Source: a virus
Length of the DNA: 64,000 bases
Strand: one strand, 5' to 3'
IMG/VR virus record: IMGVR_UViG_3300014152_000001
Coordinates: 1-64,000 of that record
The position numbers and the translations under genes were made by a program. This document shows, piece by piece, positions 56,177 to 64,000 of this stretch. The notes beneath the pieces are model-generated. The model was not told where the DNA came from, searched no databases, and saw only the letters and a program-made list of their open reading frames with translations. The first letter of the stretch is position 1. Each line of letters begins with the position of its first letter.

Positions 56177-58422
56177 CCAAGTTTGCTGATAACACTCTCT
56201 ATTATCTTCCTGTTACGCTGACTAACAGTGCAAGTGGGGCTACTTCGGCAAATCTTCAGGTTAAGATAACAGTCAACTCAAACACCTACAATTCTTATGA
56301 AGCCTCGAACCTAATTAATCTTAATTGGCAGGACGGTGCGGGAAACATCCTCAACTCTTGGCTCGAAAGCGGTTTGACGAATGCTTCGACTGCGAGTGTC
56401 TATTGGGTCAATCTCGGAAGCCTCACCATTGCAGGAAGCAATGGCACCTTAGTAATCTATCTGTGCTTTTACAACACATCAACAAACAATTTTAGTTCAG
56501 GAGGCACGACAGGCGCACAACCGAACTTCGATGGAACCTATGGTCATTATGATAACGGGTCTCAGGTCTTCGATTACTACACAGACTGGCCTAGCACAAG
56601 TCTTCCATCAGGATGGATTGTGGGCACAGGAACGGGCTCCAGCGTTAGCAATGGATTGATATTAACGTCTACCAGTGCAACTACTGAAGTATATTACAAC
56701 GTGGCAATCAACTCAAAAACTGAGATTCTTGAGGCTTACGAGTCAGCCATTGGGTCGGCCAACGCTGTCTATCCTCTTGGTCTAAGCACGACAGGTAACT
56801 CAGGCAACCCTTATGGTGCTTCCTCTGTTGCATGGGCCATGAGACTAAATGCTGTCAATGGAACTTGGGCTGAGTTCAATTGGAGTTCTGGTGCGTCAAA
56901 CGCAGTTGCCGATACAATTACAGGAGCCGTCAACACATACCATGTAATCTCTCTCTGGGAAAACGGCACGACTAACATCCAAGGACTCTACGATTACGCT
57001 AACGGGACGAGCAACGCTGTCGATTACGTTGCTGAAACCGTGCAATACATCTTCTTACAAATCAACGCCAATTCATCAACTGTGAATGTGGCATGGCTCA
57101 GATACCGTCAGGCTCCGCCTTCTTACACCGCACCAACATCAGCCTTTGGCTCAATAACAGTAGTTACTGTAATCCATTGGGTCGAACCAAGTCACACACA
57201 CGCAATAGCCGCACCCACGACAGGCTCAGGTCTATTAACACTGATTAACGGTGGCCTTGTTACAGGAGTATACATGGCTCTTGGTTCTCTCACCACCGCA
57301 CCCGGATTTACAAGTGTTGCGACTTCTGTAAGTGTAGGGTCTTCGATTCACACTCATACAATGAATGCGAGTGGAACGGCCTGTGCAAGTGGTGCTTGTA
57401 TAAGTAGCAATAACACTGCCGCGGCATCATCATCAACATCTGTTGCGGCCACAGCCAACTATACTAACTTTGTGACCGGAAGAAACTCAGATACAACTGG
57501 GACTTTTTGGTCAGGGGTTAACACCACAAGTGGAAGTCCAGTAACAGTCATACCTGTCAATACAGGTAACACCACTCAAACCTACGTTGCCTCTGTAACC
57601 TACGTTCTACCGATTCATACGCATTCAATAGCCGCGGCTACCACTGGAAGTATTCTAACTTCAGCAAGTGGAACTGGTAGTGCTACTGTTGTTACTGGCG
57701 GATGCGTATTTAACACCAATGGCTTTTTCACCACTTTCACAGGCACAACTGGAACGACCTCAACTCATACTCATACAGAAACGGGTGCTGGTAGTGCTTG
57801 CACCTTAGGAACTTGTGTTAATGCTGGAAACACAGGTTCTCCATCCGCCACAACAGCCATATTAGGCTCAAGTAACTCCACAAATTTTGTTACAACTATG
57901 ACCAGTGCTACCACTACAGGTGGTGTTAACACCGGAATATCAACAACCCCGGTAACGGTTGTAACAGCTATTCCTGCTTCAACAGGAAACAATACTCAGA
58001 CTGCCACTCTTCCTGTGCCCATCCACACTCATACGATAGGGGCGGCTGGCACTACCACATTCATTGCAACTGCAACCGCAGTCACTTCTACTGCTCTTAC
58101 ATCCGTTGGTTCCCTCGTCACTGGAACAGCCTGTGTAAACGGAATAAATAATACCGTAGTAGCAGGCAATAGTCATATTCATGCCCAAGGAGCCACTGGA
58201 AGCAGTTGCGTTGTAGGAACTTGTGTTAAAAATGGGGTAGATGTGACGGGTGCTCCATCTAACACGGTATCTGTTTGTTTTTCAGTCGCTACCACTTCTT
58301 CTACTCCCGCAACCAGTAGAAATTCAGATACTACTACCAGCGGCCTTACTAACACAAGTAATACTACTAAGAGTTGCGTTACCAGCATCCCTTCCACCAC
58401 AGGGGCGAATGTAACACCATGA
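56173..58422 (+). CDS. Fibre/adhesin: DUF2341-like N-domain plus three His-x-His repeats
   Basis: YYLPVTLTN...W.E.......YWV N-domain; periodic HTH motifs with C....C. Confidence 0.65.
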   Translation: MTKFADNTLYYLPVTLTNSASGATSANLQVKITVNSNTYNSYEASNLINLNWQDGAGNILNSWLESGLTNASTASVYWVNLGSLTIAGSNGTLVIYLCFYNTSTNNFSSGGTTGAQPNFDGTYGHYDNGSQVFDYYTDWPSTSLPSGWIVGTGTGSSVSNGLILTSTSATTEVYYNVAINSKTEILEAYESAIGSANAVYPLGLSTTGNSGNPYGASSVAWAMRLNAVNGTWAEFNWSSGASNAVADTITGAVNTYHVISLWENGTTNIQGLYDYANGTSNAVDYVAETVQYIFLQINANSSTVNVAWLRYRQAPPSYTAPTSAFGSITVVTVIHWVEPSHTHAIAAPTTGSGLLTLINGGLVTGVYMALGSLTTAPGFTSVATSVSVGSSIHTHTMNASGTACASGACISSNNTAAASSSTSVAATANYTNFVTGRNSDTTGTFWSGVNTTSGSPVTVIPVNTGNTTQTYVASVTYVLPIHTHSIAAATTGSILTSASGTGSATVVTGGCVFNTNGFFTTFTGTTGTTSTHTHTETGAGSACTLGTCVNAGNTGSPSATTAILGSSNSTNFVTTMTSATTTGGVNTGISTTPVTVVTAIPASTGNNTQTATLPVPIHTHTIGAAGTTTFIATATAVTSTALTSVGSLVTGTACVNGINNTVVAGNSHIHAQGATGSSCVVGTCVKNGVDVTGAPSNTVSVCFSVATTSSTPATSRNSDTTTSGLTNTSNTTKSCVTSIPSTTGANVTP

Positions 58423-58661
58423 AAGTAGTCTTAGAAGGGAAGGACATCAAAGAATGCAGTTGCAAGACTGGCGGTGCTATCGCAGAGGAATTTATCTGGG
58501 CCTTGGAAAAGGGATGGATTGCCCTCTTTTGCGACATATGTAAACAGAGGATTGAACTGAAAGATATTGTCATTTTCGCGCCAAGAGCAGTGCAAGAAGA
58601 CCCAATCTTCTATCATTTGGATAAGAAGTGCTTCAAAGAGTGGTTGGCCAAAAATCCTTAA
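58419..58661 (+). CDS. Small Zn-binding protein
   Basis: CDIC...H...C. Confidence 0.55.
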   Translation: MKVVLEGKDIKECSCKTGGAIAEEFIWALEKGWIALFCDICKQRIELKDIVIFAPRAVQEDPIFYHLDKKCFKEWLAKNP

Positions 58662-58687
58662 ATAGCCTCAAATCGTAGATAGAACCA

Positions 58688-58840
58688 TGATTCTGTGCGA
58701 CAAGTGTGGAAAGCCTATAGACATTGCTTCAGGTTACTATACTGCCACTGTAAATGTTATGATGGCAGGAGAAGTGCCAACAATCTATCAGTTCCACAAA
58801 GACTGTCTAAAAGCCATTGCTACTTCTACGACTGTCTAAG
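58688..58840 (+). CDS. 50-aa Zn-finger protein
   Basis: MILCDKCGKPI...FHKDC (manual translation); TATA at ~58658. Confidence 0.55.
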
Positions 58841-59492
58841 TAACGGTTATTGTGTAGGTTACTCCGACAGTTCCAGCAGGTGAGACAACGTATCCAGCCG
58901 CACCGTTGGTTTGGTCATGAGCGAGTAGGAAGTAAGTTGGTCCTGCAACGAGACTTGCAAGGATGACGTAGATGCCGATGTTGCCGTAGGTCTCGTTGGC
59001 TAGAGAAGTGTTGTTGAAGGTTCCAGTAATCGTGGTGATGCTACTTGTGTAAGGTGGTCCAATAACTGGAAGACGAGTGACGGTTCCTGTTATGAGGGCG
59101 GCAGTAGGACTATCAGGATTAGGAATACCTGTTACAATCTCACTCTCTATGATATAGTCATCAGCACTAGGAGCAGTTGTGCCAGTTCCAGCACCAATCT
59201 CGAAAGTGCCGGGAGTCATGAGGGCTGTTCCATCCCAAGCAGTTCCGGTTGAATCTGTCATGGGAGTGCCTGTAGTGGGTGTATTGAAAATCTGAGTGAT
59301 AATCATAGAAGTGAAGTTGCCTGTTCCCATGTCATACTCTTTATTGGTTATCCCAATCAACCCGCCTTGACATCCTGCATTCGAGTCGGGCTGGCCTCCT
59401 TTCAACCCGTCCCAATGGGCATAACTGTGTTCAGGACAGGGGTTCCTTGCTACAATCTTCAGCCCTATTCTTAGACCACCGAAACCAGACAT
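58836..59492 (-). CDS. Putative virion protein
   Basis: IGAGTGTTAP..DDY motif; T/G-rich. Confidence 0.6.
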   Translation of the reverse strand: MSGFGGLRIGLKIVARNPCPEHSYAHWDGLKGGQPDSNAGCQGGLIGITNKEYDMGTGNFTSMIITQIFNTPTTGTPMTDSTGTAWDGTALMTPGTFEIGAGTGTTAPSADDYIIESEIVTGIPNPDSPTAALITGTVTRLPVIGPPYTSSITTITGTFNNTSLANETYGNIGIYVILASLVAGPTYFLLAHDQTNGAAGYVVSPAGTVGVTYTITVT

Positions 59493-59535
59493 ATCTAACC
59501 TATTATTGGGGAGAGGAGTATTTAAGGATGGTGGT

Positions 59536-60237
59536 CTAGTGCTGTTGGATATTCTGAGTCAAGACCCAAGTTTGCCCTGCCCCCTTCACGGCTTGGTTGC
59601 TTACATATCTGTTGTAGAGACCGATGTTTGGCGTTGCACTCCCCGTTCCTGAGTTTTCATAAGACGTAACGGCTGAAAAGTCGGAAGTAGGGAGAGTCCA
59701 CCCGTAACTTCCATCCCAATCAGGGGTTCCATCGTTGTCAACTCCAAAGGATTGCCATCCTGTGGCCCATTCAGCAATGCCGGGGCCAAAAGTCGCTTGC
59801 CATGTGACCGTATCCCCAGAAACCTGTGGATAGCCAGCATCTACATTCATTGCATAGAAGTTGTTGGTAGCGGAAGGATTGTTGCTAGGATTGGTGTAAC
59901 TCGTATCCACGAAATTCTGACTAGCATCGAAAGCGGTGGTGTCATCCGAAACACAAAGCCTTGAAATTGTAAGGGAATACGAAGGTGAGCCAGTGTTAGC
60001 AAGAGCACCAATTAGCAGATTCCATCCAAGTGTCTTACCAAAATTAGTCAAACCATTAGGCCCAGACTCGGACTTATTGATTAGTCTTTTGGGAAAATGT
60101 AGAGCCGCTTCTGCGGCAGAGTGCCCTGCCTTCGTGAACTTGGCAACCTCGCCATCTGGGTCTTTGAAGCGAGTGATACCCCATGTAATGCCTCTGGGTG
60201 AGGAAAGTCTTTGAATCGATACACTTTCTGTGGCCAT
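59536..60237 (-). CDS. Putative virion protein
   Basis: N.LTN.G, DAGYPQVSG.TVTWQATF...A...W..FG, K..GQTWVL. Confidence 0.6.
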   Translation of the reverse strand: MATESVSIQRLSSPRGITWGITRFKDPDGEVAKFTKAGHSAAEAALHFPKRLINKSESGPNGLTNFGKTLGWNLLIGALANTGSPSYSLTISRLCVSDDTTAFDASQNFVDTSYTNPSNNPSATNNFYAMNVDAGYPQVSGDTVTWQATFGPGIAEWATGWQSFGVDNDGTPDWDGSYGWTLPTSDFSAVTSYENSGTGSATPNIGLYNRYVSNQAVKGAGQTWVLTQNIQQH

Positions 60238-60276
60238 TCTAAGATATAATGGGCAGTAGGAGTATTTAAGTATGTT

Positions 60277-60323
60277 GAAAAATCGTGGGAAGAGGAGTGG
60301 TCCAGTAAAGGCGACCACGCCTC
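60277..60323 (-). terminator. Hairpin plus T-tract after the MCP gene
   Basis: gagg-c-gtggtc / gaccac-t-cctc stem then ttttt on the minus strand. Confidence 0.55.
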
Positions 60324-60373
60324 AACTTTGTCAGTTAACCGTGCTTAGAGGTTCGATATTGGCTTTCCGGTGA

Positions 60374-61324
60374 CTACAATGACCTTAGACCTGTTAATTG
60401 CACGACACTCTCCGGGTATGTGATAACCGGGGCATAGCGAGCAGTGATAACAATGTCTATCGAATCGAAAGTAGGTTGAGGCCAGACATCCACACTGATG
60501 GGTCTCTTCGTTGCGAAGTAACCCAACGGTGCATATGAGGCTGAATAGTTGCTACCAGCCGCGGCAAGGACGTATGCGCGTCCATCGAAGCCGCTGTTTG
60601 GTAACAGTGGAGCCTGTGGGATGTTCGGGGTGACTATCTGCTTCAGTCCATACAACTGAGGTGCTGAAACCACTGTTCCAGTTCCCTGAGCGTATACGGG
60701 CTGTCCGTAGAAGAGTAGGGCGGCAAACTGAGGTATCCTTGACAGGTCTTGATGAGCCATTGGGTTCATCGCAATCGTGTCAGGTTCCAAAGCAAGGTTC
60801 TGTATCACTTGCTTCGCCTGAGTTATGTCGTTAATCCCTATTGTTCCACCATACGCAGTTGTCGTCCCATCCATGAACACTGAAGCCCCTGTAACGGGCT
60901 GTGCGATGCCGTGACCAGCCGGGGCATTGAGTGCTTTCTCAACGTCTTGGTCGATGGTCATAACGACCCGTCTCGCGGCTCGTTTCAGTTGGTCTTCTAC
61001 AATGTTCACTATTTGGTCTTCAATCAACTCTCTAGTGACTCGGACTCTCATACCCACCTTGTAAGGTGTAACGGTAATCGAGTCGTAAGGTGTGAAGTCA
61101 GCCATAATCTCGGCTCCCTCTGCCGTCTTTCCTATGACGGCTGTAGCACGAGCACCCTTCTGCTTCGGTATCGAAGCAGTCGCTCCAACCTTGATGAAGA
61201 AGTCCTGAAGTAGAGGCTTCAATGCCAAGTTAGGCATTGTGAGTTCTACTATCCTCTTCGCCAGTGCTGGATAGAATAGAGCACCTGTGTTAACTATTGG
61301 GAACTGTTCACGAGTCATAGCCAT
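60374..61324 (-). CDS. Major capsid protein (HK97-fold)
   Basis: AEGAEI, K.G....VTRELIED, I..NDI..A...I, IAMNP, LYGL..IVTP.IP; follows protease/scaffold/cement genes. Confidence 0.9.
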   Translation of the reverse strand: MAMTREQFPIVNTGALFYPALAKRIVELTMPNLALKPLLQDFFIKVGATASIPKQKGARATAVIGKTAEGAEIMADFTPYDSITVTPYKVGMRVRVTRELIEDQIVNIVEDQLKRAARRVVMTIDQDVEKALNAPAGHGIAQPVTGASVFMDGTTTAYGGTIGINDITQAKQVIQNLALEPDTIAMNPMAHQDLSRIPQFAALLFYGQPVYAQGTGTVVSAPQLYGLKQIVTPNIPQAPLLPNSGFDGRAYVLAAAGSNYSASYAPLGYFATKRPISVDVWPQPTFDSIDIVITARYAPVITYPESVVQLTGLRSL

Positions 61325-61339
61325 TCTCTTTCACCTGTT

Positions 61340-61771
61340 TTAGAACAGAAGTGCTACGATAGGCAAAGGCGTGGCAACATATGTGCCGCCCTGCAATGCG
61401 ATAAGTCTAGTTGGCCCTGCTATGGGTGCAACATAACCATCGGTGGTTGCAGAAACGTCAAGATACTGACCAGCCGTGACAGTAGCATCGCAAAGCACAG
61501 TTACCTCACCACGACAAATGACATCAATTGCCGCGTTGAGTTGACCAGAGGTTTGGGCAATTCCAAGTAGGAATCCGCCTGTTACCGTTGCGGCCACAAC
61601 TTCACAAGTGAAGTCTGCCGTAGTAGCCAACGTAACCAATGCTCCAATGTATATTGCTGTCCCGTTTACATTTGCTATCGCATTGAAAGAGAGAAGGAAT
61701 GAATCATTGTGGAAGGGTGCGCCTTCAAGAGTTCCGGGGAGCGAACTGCCGTGTGGAATTGGGATAGCCAT
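61340..61771 (-). CDS. Capsid cement/decoration protein (DUF2190-like)
   Basis: GA.V.L, LGIA, V..RG.V.V.....V.AG..L. Confidence 0.7.
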   Translation of the reverse strand: MAIPIPHGSSLPGTLEGAPFHNDSFLLSFNAIANVNGTAIYIGALVTLATTADFTCEVVAATVTGGFLLGIAQTSGQLNAAIDVICRGEVTVLCDATVTAGQYLDVSATTDGYVAPIAGPTRLIALQGGTYVATPLPIVALLF

Positions 61772-61784
61772 TTTCTATCTCACT

Positions 61785-62300
61785 TTAACCCGACAGTAGA
61801 CCCAGTTCCTTGAAGCGGCTTGAAGCACCTGTAATCTCCTTCCAGTAGTCTGGGAACTCCGCAGAGGCACCAAAGCCAGCGAGTGGACTCGTCTCTTCCT
61901 TGACCGCCCCAACGTTACCCTTTCCGGTAACTTCGGGAGCCTTGGCAGACGCTTCCCTTGCTTTCTTGGCTTCCTCTACCTTGCTCTTGACTTCCTGAAG
62001 TCTCGACTTCAGTTCTTCAAGTTTCTTGCGCTTAACTTCCTCTTCTTCCTTCTTTTTCTTTTGGGCTTCCTCGTTTTCCTCGCTCTTTGCTTCAGATGCT
62101 CTCCTCAAGGCAATCCTCTGAGACAGCAACGCGGCTCTTTTACCGCGAAGGTCTTGCTGTTCCAGTTTTATGTTGACTTCCTTGATGATGGACATCAGAC
62201 CATCGAGTTTGGATTCGAGAGAACCCATCTGCTTCACAATTTGGTCATAACTGAGAGCCTTGCCCTCAGATATATCACCAGAAGGTGCGACAGTAGACAT
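61785..62300 (-). CDS. Scaffolding protein
   Basis: Charged coiled coil between protease and capsid genes. Confidence 0.7.
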   Translation of the reverse strand: MSTVAPSGDISEGKALSYDQIVKQMGSLESKLDGLMSIIKEVNIKLEQQDLRGKRAALLSQRIALRRASEAKSEENEEAQKKKKEEEEVKRKKLEELKSRLQEVKSKVEEAKKAREASAKAPEVTGKGNVGAVKEETSPLAGFGASAEFPDYWKEITGASSRFKELGLLSG

Positions 62301-62301
62301 T

Positions 62302-62373
62302 TTAGTTAGTTTTTTCTGGGTAGTATAGCATCGCCTTAGCCATCAACACTACCATAAAAGTTGAAGGAGTCAT
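62302..62373 (-). CDS. 23-aa leader ORF of the capsid operon
   Basis: MTPSTFMVVLMAKAMLYYPEKTN; ATG 25 nt after tttaaata; stop 1 nt before the scaffold ATG. Confidence 0.5.
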   Translation of the reverse strand: MTPSTFMVVLMAKAMLYYPEKTN

Positions 62374-62422
62374 AGGTAGTTTATATAGGAGTTTCGCCTT
62401 ATTTAAACTCTGCGGTCAGGCT

Positions 62423-63703
62423 TTAGAGCCCCTCTTCATGAGACCGTTCCCTTCGATAGAAGTCGTAACCACAATTGGTGCATTTGAATGTATCCATACC
62501 CGTCTCGTCTGCATAGGTAGTCTGATAGGGTGTGGCAGTGCTTCCGCAATTGGCACAACTCTTAAGAGCCTCGTCCTTTCCTTTTTCCTTTCCCCTCTCC
62601 ACCAAAGGAAAGTCTTCTATTGAGCCGCCCTTGCCTTCGTCCTTCCAAGTAAGTGGGTCGCAAGTGTCGCAAACCAGATACTCACCAATCGGATGGGTTC
62701 CGGTCCTCTTATGGCAGAAGTCGCAGGAGCCACCTTCCTCGTCCTCTGGTTTGCACGGTGGCAGAGAATCTAGAAAGGCTTGCTCATCGGGAGTGAATCC
62801 TTCATCCTCTATGGGCTTGGCCGAAGGCAGACCTCTCTCCTTTTGAGAGTAATGAATATCAACTCGGTCTTCTGGATAGCCTTCCATCTGTATCTTAGCC
62901 ACTCTAAGAGTGATTTCAGACACTCCAATGATGGCCATTGCGACTGCATCAAAGGCCGAGATAAGCACTGGTGTCAAGTCCGGCATAATCACTTTAGCCT
63001 TCTTCGGGGTCTGTTTAGGCTGTAGAATGCCATAAGACTTGTCTTGAGGCGCAAATCTCTTCTGAAGAGCCCTGTCTAGACTGGCTTTGAAGCCAATCGG
63101 GGTCACTTCAGCCTTCTCGTAAGCCGGAATTGCGACCATGCTTTGCTCCAAAACCATCGGATGTCGGATGAGCATATCGAGACTTCCGCACCTTGGGCAC
63201 GGCAAATCGAGGTCATCTATCCCCGCTTCCTCTTCTTTCTTGCCCATTGCGGCAATGCAATTATCGCAGTAGGCTTGTGGAACTGCAATCTGAATACTGT
63301 TAAACCTCACATAGCCTAACAGAATCTTCTGAATGAGGCTCTCGTCAACGGTTTGACCAGCCCACAAGACCTTTCCAGTCTTCTCATCCTGTTCATCCTT
63401 CTCTACCCAAGCGTCTTCGACCTTACCGATGATTGAATCTACATGGTCGATGTCGTGGTCTTTCATCAGAGGAGCACCCTTCAGTTGGTCAGCGATGGCC
63501 TGAAGGTCTTCGATTGGGACACGCCACTTGTTTCTGTTCCTTGAGGTATCAATTGCCATGCCACCAAGGTTCAGAATGTGCGGAAACTGACCTGTGGCTT
63601 TGTAGTTTTTAATGAGTTCTTGGTATTCTTTTCCTGTAATCAGTGGAGCGATACCAGAACTGTAGCGAAATTTGAAGCCCCTGCCGTCAAGAGGATTAGT
63701 CAT
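62423..63703 (-). CDS. Prohead protease with C-terminal Zn-ribbon modules
   Basis: NRNKW, PLMKDH, IGKV, SI, EQS.VAIPAY..A. Confidence 0.8.
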   Translation of the reverse strand: MTNPLDGRGFKFRYSSGIAPLITGKEYQELIKNYKATGQFPHILNLGGMAIDTSRNRNKWRVPIEDLQAIADQLKGAPLMKDHDIDHVDSIIGKVEDAWVEKDEQDEKTGKVLWAGQTVDESLIQKILLGYVRFNSIQIAVPQAYCDNCIAAMGKKEEEAGIDDLDLPCPRCGSLDMLIRHPMVLEQSMVAIPAYEKAEVTPIGFKASLDRALQKRFAPQDKSYGILQPKQTPKKAKVIMPDLTPVLISAFDAVAMAIIGVSEITLRVAKIQMEGYPEDRVDIHYSQKERGLPSAKPIEDEGFTPDEQAFLDSLPPCKPEDEEGGSCDFCHKRTGTHPIGEYLVCDTCDPLTWKDEGKGGSIEDFPLVERGKEKGKDEALKSCANCGSTATPYQTTYADETGMDTFKCTNCGYDFYRRERSHEEGL

Positions 63704-63855
63704 CCTAGTAGGTTTAGGGTCGTAGGACTATTTAAACCCTACCTAGAATGTTTAAATAGTGTGCTACTGTAGGGTATGAGCGATAGTAGAGAGAAACCTA
63801 TAATAAGATACCGAGCCAGACCAAAGATGATACCCCATGGGTATCTGCGTTCTCT

Positions 63856-63999
63856 CTACTTCTTCTTCTTCTCTACTGATTTGGCGAACACACATATCGC
63901 CTGCCCTTCAGCGTGAACTATCTTCACTATCTGAGCCTTTCGATTCCATAGATAGACTCTGGCAAAGTCAGCAGGTAAGGCTATAATGACTTGTCCATC
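63856..63999 (-). CDS. Partial ORF, AbrB-like regulator candidate
   Basis: DGQVIIALPADFAR...; runs off the window edge. Confidence 0.4.
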   Translation of the reverse strand, partial: DGQVIIALPADFARVYLWNRKAQIVKIVHAEGQAICVFAKSVEKKKK

Positions 64000-64000
64000 T

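Larger units (their letters stand above)
1..64000. mobile_element. Segment of an archaeal tailed virus genome (Caudoviricetes), host probably TACK
   Basis: TerL, HK97-like MCP, prohead protease and tail genes together with archaeal-type replication genes and TATA-box promoters; no block of cellular housekeeping genes. Confidence 0.93.

Noticed and set aside
1144-63772. Many antisense or overlapping ORFs in the track (e.g. 1144, 13133, 17232, 42803, 55090)
   Set aside because: Shadow ORFs of real genes, with no promoter or motifs.
1-64000. CRISPR array, tRNA or rRNA genes, integrase, reverse transcriptase/DGR
   Set aside because: No repeat-spacer pattern, cloverleaf or relevant catalytic motifs were recognised by eye. 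An intron-containing tRNA could have been missed.

Overview
The whole window reads as part of a tailed archaeal dsDNA virus (Caudoviricetes, HK97-type capsid, probably siphovirus-like). The host is most likely a TACK archaeon: most transcription units have a BRE/TATA promoter about 22-27 nt before the start codon (leaderless mRNA), and it encodes PriS, PriX, PolB, an MCM-like ATPase, a RadA-like ATPase, an ERCC4 nuclease and a DHH/RecJ-like protein. Virion genes (terminase, protease, scaffold, MCP, neck, tail tube, frameshifted chaperone, tape measure, fibres) are scattered on both strands. Main unusual observations: (1) dispersed mini-genes, several below the 60-aa ORF cutoff, that encode diverged fragments of the virus's own major capsid protein, conserved as protein while synonymous sites differ; (2) a divergent viral ribosomal protein uS2; (3) acidic, EE-punctuated modular proteins, one with a SET domain and a nuclease; (4) nine paralogous free-standing HNH-like genes plus EndoVII and LAGLIDADG nucleases; (5) a nucleotide-pool/DNA-modification trio; (6) a promoter-linked NAGTN pentamer array. 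No tRNA, rRNA or CRISPR array was seen. All calls come from by-eye motif recognition and manual translation; no database searches were run.
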